Positions 37,696 through 49,199 of a stretch of DNA of 64,000 nucleotides are shown here, in pieces; the first letter of the stretch is position 1, and the number at the start of each line of letters is the position of its first letter. This DNA comes from an uncultured Gemmatimonadales bacterium. GTDB lineage: Bacteria; Gemmatimonadota; Gemmatimonadetes; Gemmatimonadales; GWC2-71-9. The stretch lies in the NCBI GenBank assembly GCA_963828735.1, contig CAWHFW010000005.1, positions 2,112,001-2,176,000 on the forward strand. The letters run 5' to 3'. A program made the translations under genes and the position numbers. The notes beneath the pieces are model-generated. The model worked only from the letters and a program-made list of their open reading frames with translations, had not been told where the DNA came from and searched no databases.

Positions 37696-37959
37696 GCGCT
37701 GATCCTTTCAGGTCAGGTTGTGCCGTGGGCGAGCTTGCCCCCGTTCCAGGATCAGACGGCCGTATTCCGCGAAGGGTTTCGTCGGCCGGCGAGGTGTCGT
37801 CGGTGACGGTCCTCGCCGGCCGCCCTCACGCCGGTAATGGCACAGGGAATCTGCTGCTGGTGCCGTGGCGGGGACTCCGTTGCGGCGTCTCTCTCGCGGG
37901 CGGTAGCTTTGCCTGGGGCCGAGACACGCTCGCGCCCGTTCCCGTTTCCACAGGCACCT

Positions 37960-40258
37960 GTGACAGGTCGAGGATCGGCAAGCGAAAGCACTGCGGTCGG
38001 TACCGGGACCCTTCTGGGCCGGTATCGGCTCGTCGAGCGCATCGGCGAGGGAGGGATGGGCGTCGTGTGGAAGGCACACGACGCCCACCTGGACCGGGTC
38101 GTCGCCATCAAGATGCTCCTGCGCGGCGCACTCGACCACGCGACGACGCGCGAGCGCTTTCGCCTCGAGGCGCGGGCGCTGTCCCGGCTCTCCCACCCCG
38201 GTGTCGCCACCGTGTTCGACTTCAATGCCCAGGACGGCGACGACTTCCTGGTCATGGAGTACGTCCCCGGGGGCACCCTCGAGTCGCGGCTCGCGGCGGG
38301 CCCGATGCCGCTGGACGCCGTGTTCCAGCTCGGCCCGGCGATCGCCGATGCGCTCGAGAACGCCCATCGTCACGGCGTGCTTCATCGGGACCTGAAGCCG
38401 GGCAACGTCATGCTGACCGCCGACGGGCAGCCGAAGATCCTCGATTTCGGCCTGGCCGTGCTCCTCTCCGGCGGAAAGGCCACCGGCCGGATGACCGAGT
38501 CGGGCACTGTGGTCGGCTCGATCCCGTACATGGCGCCGGAACAGCTATTCGGCCAGGCCGACGACATCCGCACCGACGTCTACGCACTGGGGGTCGTGCT
38601 GTTCGAGATGGTCACCGGCCAGCGGCCCTTCGTCAAGCCGCGCCCCGAGTCGCTGATGTTCGCGATCATCAACAACGCCGCGCCGGCCGCACGCTCGATC
38701 AGGCCCGACGTCCCCGTCGAGCTCGATCGGCTGCTGGGCGATTGCATGCGAAAGGACCCGGCCCACCGCCCCTCCTCGGCGGCGACCATCGGCGACGCCC
38801 TGCGGCGGATCCGTGACGGCAGGTCCGGCCCCACGCAGGGCCTCCCGGCGAGCGACGCGATCCGCGCCATCGCGGTGCTCCCGTTTCGGAACGTCTCCCA
38901 GGACCCGGCGCAGGAGTACTTCGCGGACGGCATGACCGAGGCCATCATCTCGGACCTGGCGCACATCCGGGCGCTCAGGGTGATCTCGCGCACCTCGGCG
39001 ATGAAGTACAAGGGCACCGAACTCTCGCTGCCCGAGATCGCCCGCGAGCTGAACGTCGACGCGGTGCTCGAGGGCTCGGCGCTCCTGGTGGGCAGCCGCG
39101 TGCGCCTGAGCGTGCAGCTCGTCTCGGCGCGGGACGACGAGACGCTCTGGGCGGGCCGCTACGACCGCGAGCTCGAGGACGTCCTCGGCCTGCAGAGCGA
39201 GCTCGCCGAGACCGTGGCGCGCGAGATCGCGATCAAGCTGACTCCGACAGAAGCCACCCAGCTCGCGCGGCGCGCCCTGGTGAACCCGGAGGCGCATCTC
39301 GAGTTCCTGCGGAGCCGGCATTCCTACTTCGCGGCCTCACCGCAGGCGGTCGAAGTCGGGACTGCGCCACGCGCGGCGCGCGCTGGAGCTCGACCCGACC
39401 CTCGCGCCTGCCTGGTCCGCGCTCGCGGACTGCCATGCGTTCCGCGCCCTCCGGGGAATGGCGCCGCCGGCGGAGGCCTTCGCCGAGGGGACGGCCGCCG
39501 CGACCAGGGCGCTCGATCTGGATCCGTCGCTCGCCGATGCGCATGCGGCGCTCGGCGTCATCCGATCCCACTCCGGCGATCTGGCCGGCGGCCTGGCCAG
39601 CCTGCGGAAGGCGGTCGAGCTGAACCCGGGACTGGCCGTGGCGCACGACCGCCTCAGTCGGGTGCTCTACTCGTTCGGACGCCACGCCGAGGCGATCGCC
39701 GCGGTCACCAAGGCCGCGAGCCTCGATCCGCTGTCGATGTTCATCCGGACCGGCGTCGGTGACGCGTACTACTACGCGCGCGAGTACGAGAAGTCGGTCG
39801 TTCACTACCGGATGGCGCTCGAGCTCGACCCGCGATTCGACGGCGCCCATACCGACCTCGCGCGCTCGCTCGAGGCGCTCGGCCTGTTCGACGAGGCGCG
39901 AGCCGAGTACGAGGAGGGGCGGCGCCTGTCGGGCGGCGTCGCGGGCCCGTCGTTCGGGCTCGCGCACCTCGAGGCCGCCTCAGGGAACATCGACGAGGCG
40001 CGCCGCATCCTGGCCGAGCTGATCGACGCGCGCGCCCGGCGCGTGGTCTCCGCATGGGGCATCGCGGCGCTTCACGCGAGTCTCGGGGACGTGGACGACG
40101 CCTTCCGGTGGCTCGAGATCGCCATCGACGAGCGCGCCTCCGGGATCATCCTGCTCCGCGTGCACCCGCGGCTCGATCCGATCCGGAGCGACCCGCGGTA
40201 CGGCCCGCTCGTACGGCGGGTCGGGCTGGAGAGTGGGGCGGAAAGCGTCTCAGCGTGA
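37960..40258 (+). pseudogene. Ser/Thr kinase-TolB_N-TPR protein with one frameshift (~39360), possibly a sequencing error
   Basis: GEGGMG, HRDLKP, DFG, IAVLPF..QEYFADGMTE; TPR tail continues in the 39458-40258 frame. Confidence 0.85.
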
Positions 40259-40259
40259 G

Positions 40260-40800
40260 GCTGGCGGCAGGACCGAGGCGGCCAGGGCCATCGGGCCTGG
40301 TACTCGGCCACGCGAGAGGCGGTTTCCGCGGCCGTCTCGCCGACCGGATTCGCGCGGTCCCCGAACCACGGAGCCAGGCCGTTGTTCGAGCCGAGGATGT
40401 GAAGCGCGGCGAACTCCACATTCGCCGCCGCCCACCGCTGGTTCTCCGGGAATCCCTTCTGGGCCTTGATCCGCGTCGGGACGCCGAGGGTGTACCCGGG
40501 ATTCGGGAAGAACAGCTCGCGGACCTTGGCGAGCCGCTCGAGAGGATTGTACCCGCCATTGTTGGCGCGGTGGCAGTCGGTCCACTCGTTGTCGCCGGGG
40601 GTGTAGACGAGCGGATCGGTGAAGGTCGCGAACTGATCGGCGATGTCCTGGAAATACTCGTCGGTGCACAGCGCGGCGCCCGCCTTGATGTCGCCGATGT
40701 GGATCACCCGGCTGACATCCACGTCCTCGTTGATCGCGGCGATCAGGGTCGGAAGCGACGGCCCCCCGTTGAGCTTGGAGTCGGTATAGGGATCGAGGTG
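40260..40800 (-). pseudogene. Truncated calcineurin-like metallophosphoesterase fragment
   Basis: HIGDIKAG, YTPGDNEWTDCHR, NPLERL, HILGSNN; in-frame stop upstream; C-terminus replaced by kinase antisense sequence. Confidence 0.75.
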
Positions 40801-40844
40801 GGTCAGTCAGGCAGTCAGCACACAGCCGGACAAGAGGAGGCACC

Positions 40845-41561
40845 ATGTTCGAAGGAACGGCGGGAGAGATTCGAAACGTCGTGCTGGTGCACGGCGGGTT
40901 CGTGGACGGCTCGGGCTGGGAGGGCGTCCATCGGTCGCTGCGGCGGCAGGGCTTCAACGTCAGCGTGGTCCAGAACCCCACCACGTCGCTGGCCGACGAC
41001 GTCCGCGCCACGCGGTGGGTGCTGGAAGGGCTGGACGGGCCGGCGATCCTGGTGGGCCACTCGTACGGCGGCGCGGTCATCTCCGAGGCAGGCAACGCGC
41101 CCAACGTGGCCGGGCTCGTTTATATCGCCGCGTTCGCGCCGGATGCGGGTGAGTCGGTGGCCACGCTTATCAAGGACCCGGCGCCGGGGGCGCCCGTCCC
41201 GCCCATTCTGCCGCCCCGCGACGGGTTCCTGCTGCTGGATCGCTCCAAGTTCGCGGCCTCGTTCGCCGCGGACGTCGAGCCGGACCTGGCGGCGTTCATG
41301 GCAGACGCCCAGGTGCCGTGGGGCATGGCCGCGCTCGAGGGCGCGGTCAGTCAGCCGGCCTGGAAGACCCGGCCGAGCTGGTATCTGGTGACCACCGAGG
41401 ATCGCATGATCCCGCCTGCCGCCCAGCGCGCGATGGCAGGGCGCGCCGACGCCACCGTCGCCGAAGTGGCTGCAAGCCACTCGGTGTACGTCTCGCAGCC
41501 CGAGGCGGTGGTCCGTGTCATCGTCACGGCTGCCGGCGCGGCCCACCCTGCGGTTGCGTGA
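40845..41561 (+). CDS. Alpha/beta hydrolase
   Basis: VLVHGGFVDGSGW, GHSYGG, DRMIPP, SH. Confidence 0.92.
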   Translation: MFEGTAGEIRNVVLVHGGFVDGSGWEGVHRSLRRQGFNVSVVQNPTTSLADDVRATRWVLEGLDGPAILVGHSYGGAVISEAGNAPNVAGLVYIAAFAPDAGESVATLIKDPAPGAPVPPILPPRDGFLLLDRSKFAASFAADVEPDLAAFMADAQVPWGMAALEGAVSQPAWKTRPSWYLVTTEDRMIPPAAQRAMAGRADATVAEVAASHSVYVSQPEAVVRVIVTAAGAAHPAVA

Positions 41562-41608
41562 ACGTGAAACCGCCGCCGAGAGTCGCGATCTCTCGGCGGC
41601 GGTTCGCC
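41560..41608. repeat. GC-rich hairpin (REP-like or terminator), copy A
   Basis: ACCGCCGCCGAGAG-N7-CTCTCGGCGGCGGT; 41/49 identical to 53923-53971. Confidence 0.75.
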
Positions 41609-41651
41609 TGCCCCTCACGCGATCTCTCGGCGGCGGTTCGCCTGCCCCTCA
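41584..41651. repeat. Perfect 34-bp tandem duplication
   Basis: CGCGATCTCTCGGCGGCGGTTCGCCTGCCCCTCA x2. Confidence 0.9.
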
Positions 41652-42087
41652 TAAGAGGCGCCTGCCCCCGTCATCTGCAGGTCTCACTTCGCCTCCCGCC
41701 ACCGGCGTCCCGGCATCGTCGCTCTTAGCGGCAAGCACTGCTCTACCGCGACACCTCGACCCCGGGGCTATACAGCGACGCGCTCCGCTGAGCCCGAGAG
41801 AGTCTCTCGGGCCTGAGCAATGTCTCCGGTACCTCGAGCAACCTCGCGTCCGCACCTCGCCCGGTAACGAATTCGTAACGGAACAGAGCGCGAGCATGTC
41901 AGGGGCCAAAACTTCCCCAGGGGGCGTCGGCCGCATTCGCGCAGGCCGTTATGGACGTCGATCGACACGGATCGGCGCGCCAGAGTTGTCGCGTATCCCG
42001 GTCCCAGCCGAATCCCACGCCGACGCAGAACCCCGAGGAACACGAGCCTGAGATGCATGCACACACGACACGACCCAGGAGGCAGCC

Positions 42088-42738
42088 ATGAGCACCACCG
42101 CCACGCGCCCTAAGGACGCCAGCGCCGACGCTCGCGTCGGGAAGGTCGACATGAAGCTCGAGGTCGTCGCGATCCCAGTCTCCGATGTGGACCGTGCGAA
42201 AGAGTTCTATGGGAGTCTCGGGTGGCGGCTCGATGCCGACTTCACCGCGGGCGGCGACCGCGCGGTCCAGTTCACCCCTCCAGGCTCCCAGTGCTCGGTG
42301 CACTTCGGCAAGAACATCACCGCCGCCCCGGTTGGAACCGCCCAGGGGTTGTTCCTGATCGTTACCGACATCCAGGAGGCGCGCGACGACCTCTTGCGGC
42401 GCGGCGTCAAGGTGAGCGAAGTGTTCCACTTTGCCGGTTTCAATCGCCTCGATCCCGCTGGACGCCTGAGCGGCCCCTCTCCGGACCGACCCAGCTATGG
42501 GTCGTTCCTGTCGTTCAGCGACCCGGACGGCAACGGCTGGCTGGTGCAGGAGATCAAGACGCGGCTACCCGGCCGGATCGACGCCACGGCGACAACCGAT
42601 CTGGCGAACGCGCTTCGGCGGGCGGAGGCAGCCCACGGCGAGCACGAGAAGCTCATCGGGCAGCGCGACGCGAACTGGCCCGAATGGTACGCCGCGTACA
42701 TGGTGGCGGAGCAGGCCGGCACCGAGCTGCCCACCTGA
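42088..42738 (+). CDS. VOC/glyoxalase family protein with C-terminal extension
   Basis: MKLEVVAIPVSDVDRAKEFY, SDPDGNGWLVQE, NWPEWYAAYM. Confidence 0.9.
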   Translation: MSTTATRPKDASADARVGKVDMKLEVVAIPVSDVDRAKEFYGSLGWRLDADFTAGGDRAVQFTPPGSQCSVHFGKNITAAPVGTAQGLFLIVTDIQEARDDLLRRGVKVSEVFHFAGFNRLDPAGRLSGPSPDRPSYGSFLSFSDPDGNGWLVQEIKTRLPGRIDATATTDLANALRRAEAAHGEHEKLIGQRDANWPEWYAAYMVAEQAGTELPT

Positions 42739-42789
42739 GCGATGGCTCCGCCCTGACTGGGAGGAGAAGCGCCACCACCATCGCGGCCC

Positions 42790-43230
42790 ACAGCGGAGCT
42801 GCTGGCAGACCGTGGTCGTGATCGGCGGCAGCGCGGGCATCGGGCTCGAGACGGCCGGCGCGCGCGCGAGAGGGAGCCGAGGTGATCCTCACCGCGCGCG
42901 ACCCGGACCGCCTGCAGCGAGTCGGTCTCGAGCTCGGGCCGCAGCACGCGGCCTTCGACGCCACCGACTTCGAGCGGCTCGGGAGGTTCTTCGACGAGCT
43001 GCCCACGCCGATCGACCATGTGCTGGTGACGGGGCCCGGACCCTACTACGCGTCGCTGGCGGAGTTCGACTTCGACAAGGCACGCCGCGACGTCGAATCT
43101 CATCTCTGTTGCCGCTCGCAGGTCGCCGGAACGCCGTGCACAAGGTTCGTCCGGGAGGGACCCTGCTCTTCATGGGCGGCACCGGTGGCGCCGCACAGCC
43201 CGGTCGCTCTCATCTCGGCGTTCACGCGCG
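42790..43230 (+). pseudogene. SDR oxidoreductase remnant (several frameshifts, 3' truncated)
   Basis: VVVIGGSAGIGLETA, VILTARDPDRL, IDHVLVT and GGTLLFMGGT in different frames. Confidence 0.75.
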
Positions 43231-43870
43231 CAGTCCGAGCGCCGCGATTCGCTTGATGTCGCCCAGGGCGATGGGCGAGTTCCTCGTTCGAATCGCGACG
43301 CGTTCGGCCTGGAGCAGCCGCACGTCGTGGGGCCCGACGTCGGCACCGCAGCATCGCTCTTCGCCGCGGCGCTCCATCCGGGCCGGTTCCGGAGCCTCGT
43401 CGTGGGCACCGGCGGCACGGCGGTTCCGCTCCAGCTCGGTGACCCGCTGAAGGAATGGGTCGAGGCCCCCTCGCTCGAGCCCTATCGCAAGATCGATGGA
43501 CGCCAGGTCGTCGCCGCCGCGATCGGAACCCTCGAGCGGTACCGCCTCACGGATGCCGCCCGCGAGGACTACCTCGCGTCCTTCGCGGGCGAGCGCTTCG
43601 CCGAGTCGATGCGCTACGTGCAGGCCTACCCGCAGGAGCTTCCGATCCTGCGCGACCTGCTGCCGACGATCGACACGCCGGTGCAGATCATCAGACGGCG
43701 CGCGAGACCCCGTGGTGCCGCCGGTCAACGCCGAGTTTCTCCACGAGCGGCTGCCCAAGAGCAAGCTCGACCTCATCGACGCCGGCCACTTCATCTGGGA
43801 GGATGCCGCCGACCAGTACGCGGCGCTGGTCACGAGCTGGTGGGCCGGAGGCTACGCCACCGCCGGATAG
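43231..43870 (+). pseudogene. Alpha/beta hydrolase remnant (5' truncated, frameshifted), Asp-nucleophile type
   Basis: HVVGPDVG elbow, DPVVPP, AGHFIWED across frames. Confidence 0.75.
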
Positions 43871-43963
43871 TCTCGTCGGTAGGCTCGACGGCAAGGTCGC
43901 TGGAGCGGAGTCGCACCGAAGCGACTGCCAGGCTGCATCAACTCCGAGCGAGAGGATGTTCTC

Positions 43964-44682
43964 ATGAGCGCATCCACCACCGCCATGCCCTCATCCACCA
44001 GCGTCTACACCACCCCCGTCTTCTGGGAACGCCTGTGGCGCACGAGCGGCATTCAGTTCGTCGTCCTGTTCGTCATCGCGTCCGTCATCTACGGGACTCA
44101 GCCGCAGGTCGGCGCGTCGGCCGACGCACTCGCCGCGTTCTACCATGGCGAGCGCACGCGGATCCTGATCGCCGTGTTCTGCTTCGGCCTCAACCTCCTC
44201 AACCTCCTGTGGTTCACGACGGCGGCCAGGACTGCCCTGGCGGATGCGGGGCAGGACGGGTGGGGCGCGGCGGCAACCGCCGCGAGCGCGGCGTTCGGAG
44301 CGCTGTTCCTCCTGCTCCTCGCGGTGGACGCCGCCCTCGCATACTCGATCGCCGGCTCCGGCAATCAGCCGCGCTCACGTCCGGGCTGAACGACCTCGCG
44401 TGGGCGCTGGTCGTGTTGACGTCGTTCCCGCGCGCGATGCTGATCATGGCCTGGACGTTCGGGCTCTGGCGTGCCAGGCAGATCTCGAACGCACTCTTCG
44501 CGGCGGGAGTCTCAGCCCTCGTGCTCGTCCTGTTGGGCGGTTCCACCTGGATGAGCGGTGGCGTCTGGGCACCGGACGGCGCCTATTCGCGGCTGGTCTC
44601 GCCCCTCATCGGCCTCGCCTGGGTCCTGGTCGTGAGCAGGGTCCTTCTGACTCGGAGTCCGGCGACGCGTGCGGCGTGGTGA
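43964..44682 (+). pseudogene. Membrane protein with a frameshift near 44370
   Basis: TM helices continue from the 43964 frame into SAALTSGLNDLAWAL...AAW*. Confidence 0.65.
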
Positions 44683-44799
44683 TGCGGAGGCTGCCTCGCA
44701 ATCTCGAGGGATGAGGAACCCGTGACGGCTGGCCTGTGAGCGCGGAAGGGGACCAATCATGGCGAGCTTCAGCATTCGAATCCGACTCCCCGCCCCCGC

Positions 44800-46171
44800 A
44801 TGAGGCCGATCTGGCTGGCCTGCATGCTGCCAGCGGGGATGGCGTCCCTGGTGAGCGCCCAGACGCCGCTCAGCTTCCGCGACGCGCTGACCATCGCCCA
44901 CCAGCACAATCAGCAGCTCCGCGCGGCGGACGCGCAGGTCGAGCGCTCCCGCTCGGACCGGGCCGCCGAGCGCGGGCTCTATTTCCCGACGATCAGTGCG
45001 ATCGGGGGCTATGCGCACATGAACGATCGGCTGTTCGTGGATCTCAACGACCTCCGGCCGCTGCTCTCCGCGCTCAACCCTGCAGTGCCGATCCCTCCCC
45101 TCACCGCGACCGTGCTGGAGAACGATCCGTATCGCGCCAGCATTGACCGCGCGGTGGACCGTGTTCGCGGGCGGCAGGATCCTCGCGGCCAACCGCGCCG
45201 CCCAGGCGGCCGTGACCGCGGCCGAGCAGGAGCGACGAGGCGCCGGCAATGGCATCACCACGGAGCTGGTGGACCGCTACTTCAAGCGGCGGCTGGCCGC
45301 CGAGGTGCTGGAGGTCCGACGACAGGCTTTCGAGACCTTCAGCAAACATCTGGACGATGCGCGCCGGTTGAAGGCCGCGGGCCAGATCGCGCGTACCGAT
45401 GAGCTGCGGGCTGAGGTCGCTCGGGCGGAGGCCGACCGCGAGCTCAAGAAGGCGGCTCGCGACGTGAACCTGGCCTCGATCGCCCTCAAGTCCACCCTGG
45501 GGGGCGAGGTGGACGCCATCCCGACCACACCCCTCGTTCTGATTACCGGACTCGAGCCCCGAGCGACCTTCTCCGCAGCTGCGGATTCGGGCAATCCCAC
45601 GATCGGCAAGTTGGCGGCGCTTCGGGAGCAGGCGCATCAGGGCGTCAGTGCCGCGCGGGGTGAGCTGTTCCCATCGGTGAGTGTGTTCGGCACCGGCGAG
45701 CTGATCCAACAGGGGCTCAACAGCACGGCCGATCCCAAGTGGGCGGTCGGCGTCGGCGCGCGATGGGAGCTGTTCGACGGCCTGGGCCGGCTCAACCGTC
45801 TCCATGCCGCCCGTCATCAGGAGGAGGCGGTCGGTTTCGAGACCGACCATGCGAGGGACGAGGTGGCCACGCTGGTCCAGCAGCGCTACGACGAATACGA
45901 GTCGGCGCTGGAGCAATACCAATCGCTCGAAACCACCGTGGCCCTGGCGGAGGAGAGTCTGCGCGCGGAGCGGAAGGCCTATGAGGCGGCGGTCGGGACC
46001 TCGCTGGACGTGGTCGATGCGCAGCTCTCGCTCTCCAACGCGCAGGTCGATCGCTTGCACGCGTTGTACGATCTGGATCTGGCGCTCGCTCGGTTGCTTG
46101 AGGCCAGCGGTCAAAGCGATCGCTTCCTCGCGTATCTCGATCGGGCGACGCCCACGGAGGAACCACGATGA
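44800..46171 (+). pseudogene. TolC family outer-membrane efflux protein, frameshift ~45143
   Basis: Signal peptide; YFPTIS, LFPSVS, WELFDG, GTSLDVVDAQ. Confidence 0.85.
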
Positions 46172-47131
46172 CTCGTTTCGCTGGCCTCCTGCTCGGAATC
46201 CTGCTGCTCGCGGCCTGCCGGCGCGATGCGGTGACGCTGCAAGGCGAGACCGACGCGAAGCAGGTCACCGTGGCCGCGAAGGTGTCGGGCCGGGTCGACT
46301 CGCTCTTCGTAAGGGAGGGGGACAGCGTCCGGCGCGGCGACATCGTCGCGACCCTGGACGGCCCCGAGATCCGCGCCAAGGCGGCGCAGGCGATGGCGGC
46401 GCGCGACGCGGCGCGCGCGGTCCGGGACAAGGCGCAGCACGGCTCGCGCGAGCAGGACATCCGCGCCGCGCGTGAGAACTGGCTCCGCGCCGTCGCCTCG
46501 GCCACGATCGCGGAGACCACCTATGCCCGGCTGGATCGGCTCGAACGCGAGGGGGTGATACCGACCCAGAAGCGCGACGAAGCCGAGGCCAACCTCCGCG
46601 CAAGCCGCGAGGGAGCCGAGGCAGCGAAGGCCCAGTACGACCTCGCGACGGCGGGAGCCCGGAGTGAGGACGTCGCCGCGGCCTTTGCCGATGTTCGCCG
46701 CGCCGAGGGGGCGGTCGCCGAGGCCGAGAGCTACGTCAGCGAGAACGTCCTGCGCTCGGCGGTGAACGGCCAGGTGCTGCTCAAGGTCGATGGAGCAGGG
46801 CGAGCTGGTGTCGCCGGGCCAGCCGGTGATCACGATCGTGGACCTCTCGGACCAGTGGATCACGCTCAACCTCCGCGAGGACCGACTCGCCGGACTTCGG
46901 ATCGGGGATACCCTGCTGGCCACGATTCCGGCCGTTGATTCCGCGGCGCGCCCGTTCGCGGTCTACTTCATCTCGCCGCTCGGCGCCTTCGCTACCTGGC
47001 GGGCGACGCGCGAGGCGGGCGGGTTCGACGTGCGCACGTTCGAGGTACGCGCCCGACCCGTCCAGCCTCTCCCGGCGCTCCGGCCGGGGATGAGCGCGCT
47101 GGTGGACTGGCCGCAAAAGGCCCGCCGGTGA
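46168..47131 (+). pseudogene. HlyD family efflux periplasmic adaptor, frameshift ~46788
   Basis: VAAKVSGRV..L.VREGDSV, GELVSPGQP, FATWRAT...FDVRTFEV, LRPGMS. Confidence 0.85.
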
Positions 47132-48262
47132 GCGGCGTGGCCCAGGTCGCGCGCCGGGAGCTCCGGCGACTCCCCCGCCTCCCGGTTCTGTGGGCGCTGC
47201 TCGGCCCCATACCGGTGGCGATGACGCTGTTGCTCATGGGGGTGTTCGCCTCGGAGGTAGTTCGCGACCTGCCTGTGGCCGTGCTCGATCTCGACCGGAG
47301 CGCCAGCTCGCGCATCGCCACGCGCTGGCTCGAAGCGACCCGCAGCAGCCGGCTGGCGGGCCACGTGGAGGATCTGGGAGCCGCGCGGTCGGCCGTGCTC
47401 GAGCGGCAGGTGTACGGTGTGCTGGTGGTCCCGCGTCACTTCGAGCGCGATCTCCTCCGGGGCCGCTCGCCGCACCTCAGCTTCCTCTTCAACGAGGAGT
47501 ACCTCACGGCCGGTGGCAACGTGTCGGCCGACGTTTCCCGCGGAACATCGACGGCGGCCGCGCTCCTCACGGCGCTGAGCGGCCGGGAGCCGGCGCCGAT
47601 CCGGGTGGACCTGCGGTCGCTGTTCAACCCCGCGGCGAGCTACGCGCAGGCGCTGGGCATCCTGCTGATCGGCGGGCTGCTCCAGGTGGTGATCGGCATC
47701 GCGACGATCTACGCCGTGGGGCGCGAGCTCGCCGACCGGACCGCTCCTGAATGGCTGGAGGCGGCGCGAGGCTCGTCTGCCGCGGCGTGGCTCGGCAAGC
47801 TCGCGCCGTACACCGCGTTTCATTGCCTGGAGGTGGTGGCGCTGGTTGGCCTCTTCGCCGCCTGGTACGGCATCCCGGTGCGCGGACCGGCGTGGCTGCT
47901 GGTTGTCGCGACGGCCGCGTTCGTGCTCGCCAGCCAGGCGCTCGGCGCTCCTGATCATCGCGTGGACGGCGAACCTGAGGATGAGTCTTGGGATGGGCTC
48001 GGTGATCCTCGGCCCCGCGGCGGCTTTCAGCGGGGTCACGTTTCCGCTCGCAGCCATGCCGGCGGCGGCCCGCATCTGGGCCCAGACGCTCCCGCTGATG
48101 CACGCCCTGGCGCTCACCCGCGCCGGGATCAGCGTCGGCGCGCCGGAGACCGCGGGCGGGCCGCTCCTGGCGCTGGCCCTCACGACGGCCATCGCCTTCG
48201 GGCTCGCGCTGCCCCGCCTGCCGGCGCTCCTGCGCGACCCGGTCTACTGGGGCCGACCGTGA
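47128..48262 (+). pseudogene. ABC-2 type permease, frameshift ~47948
   Basis: DLPVAVLDLDRSASSR, LFNPAASYAQ, FSGVTFPLAAMP. Confidence 0.82.
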
Positions 48263-48980
48263 GGGCGCTGGGCCGCGCGGCATGGCGCACGCTCCACACC
48301 ATCGCACACGAGCAGGAGGTGCTCAGCCTGCTCGTGGTCGCCTCGGTCTTCTACAGCTTGTTCTACCCCACGCCGTATCTCCATCAGGTGCTGCGCGACG
48401 AGCCGGTGCTGGTGGTGGATCGCGACCACACACCGATGAGCCGGAGGTTCGCGCGCTGGCTCGACGCGACAGAAGGCGTGGCCGTCACGCGGGCGGACCG
48501 AGGATCTCGAGGCGGCGCAGGCGGCCATCCGCGCGGGCACGGTGGGCGGCGTCGTGCTGATTCCCGAGGACTTCGAGCGGCACCTGCGCCGGCGTGAGCC
48601 CGCCATCCTCACCAGCTACGCCGACGGGAGCTACCTGCTGGTGCGCAACACGGTGGCGGGAAGCGTGAGCGCGGTGGCCGCCGCCCTCGGGGCGGGGATT
48701 TCGAAGCGGCCCGCACCAGTGGGCCTGGCGAGCTGGCCCCTGTTCAATCCGCTGGGAGGGTACGCCACCTTTGTGGTGCCCGCCGTCTTCATCCTGGTGC
48801 TGCAGCAGACCCTGCTCATCGGGATGGGCACGCTGCGCGTGGTCGAGCGGCACCGGGCCGCGAGCGACCCGGGCCGGTGTGGGCCGCCCTCGCAGGAACC
48901 GTGGCGGTCCTCGTCGTGCTGTATCTCCTCCAGGCCGCGTTCATGTTCCTGGTCGCATTCCGGCTGTATGGCCTGCCGCC
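48259..48980 (+). pseudogene. Second ABC-2 type permease, frameshifted and 3' truncated
   Basis: FYSLFYPTPY, VVDRDHTPMSR, LFNPLGGYATFVVPAVFILVLQQTLL. Confidence 0.78.
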
Positions 48981-48983
48981 GGG

Positions 48984-49169
48984 GTCCGTCTCGATGGAGA
49001 ATCCCCTGGTGCCGCCCATGGTCTCGACCTCAGCGCCGAAGGAACCGGGCAGGTCACTGAACCGCGGCTGTATCAGCTGATTCGGCAGCGTCAGCCGATC
49101 GTGGACCGGCAGTTCGAGATCGAGTTTCTCGATCCGGGCGTCGAGGCCTTCGTGTTCACCTTTGGGTGA
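48984..49169 (+). pseudogene. 3' relic of a DipZ-like thioredoxin protein
   Basis: VRLDGESPGAAHGLD...VTEPRLYQLIRQ...FEIEFLDPGVEAFVFTFG*. Confidence 0.8.
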
Positions 49170-49199
49170 AGGGTACGGAGAGGACAGAGAGGGCGCGAA

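Noticed and set aside
41584..41651. 34-bp repeat as a CRISPR array
   Set aside because: Two adjacent copies with no spacer and no cas genes.
41652..42087. Long intergenic region as a riboswitch or ncRNA
   Set aside because: Hairpins are present but I recognise no aptamer consensus; needs an Rfam scan.
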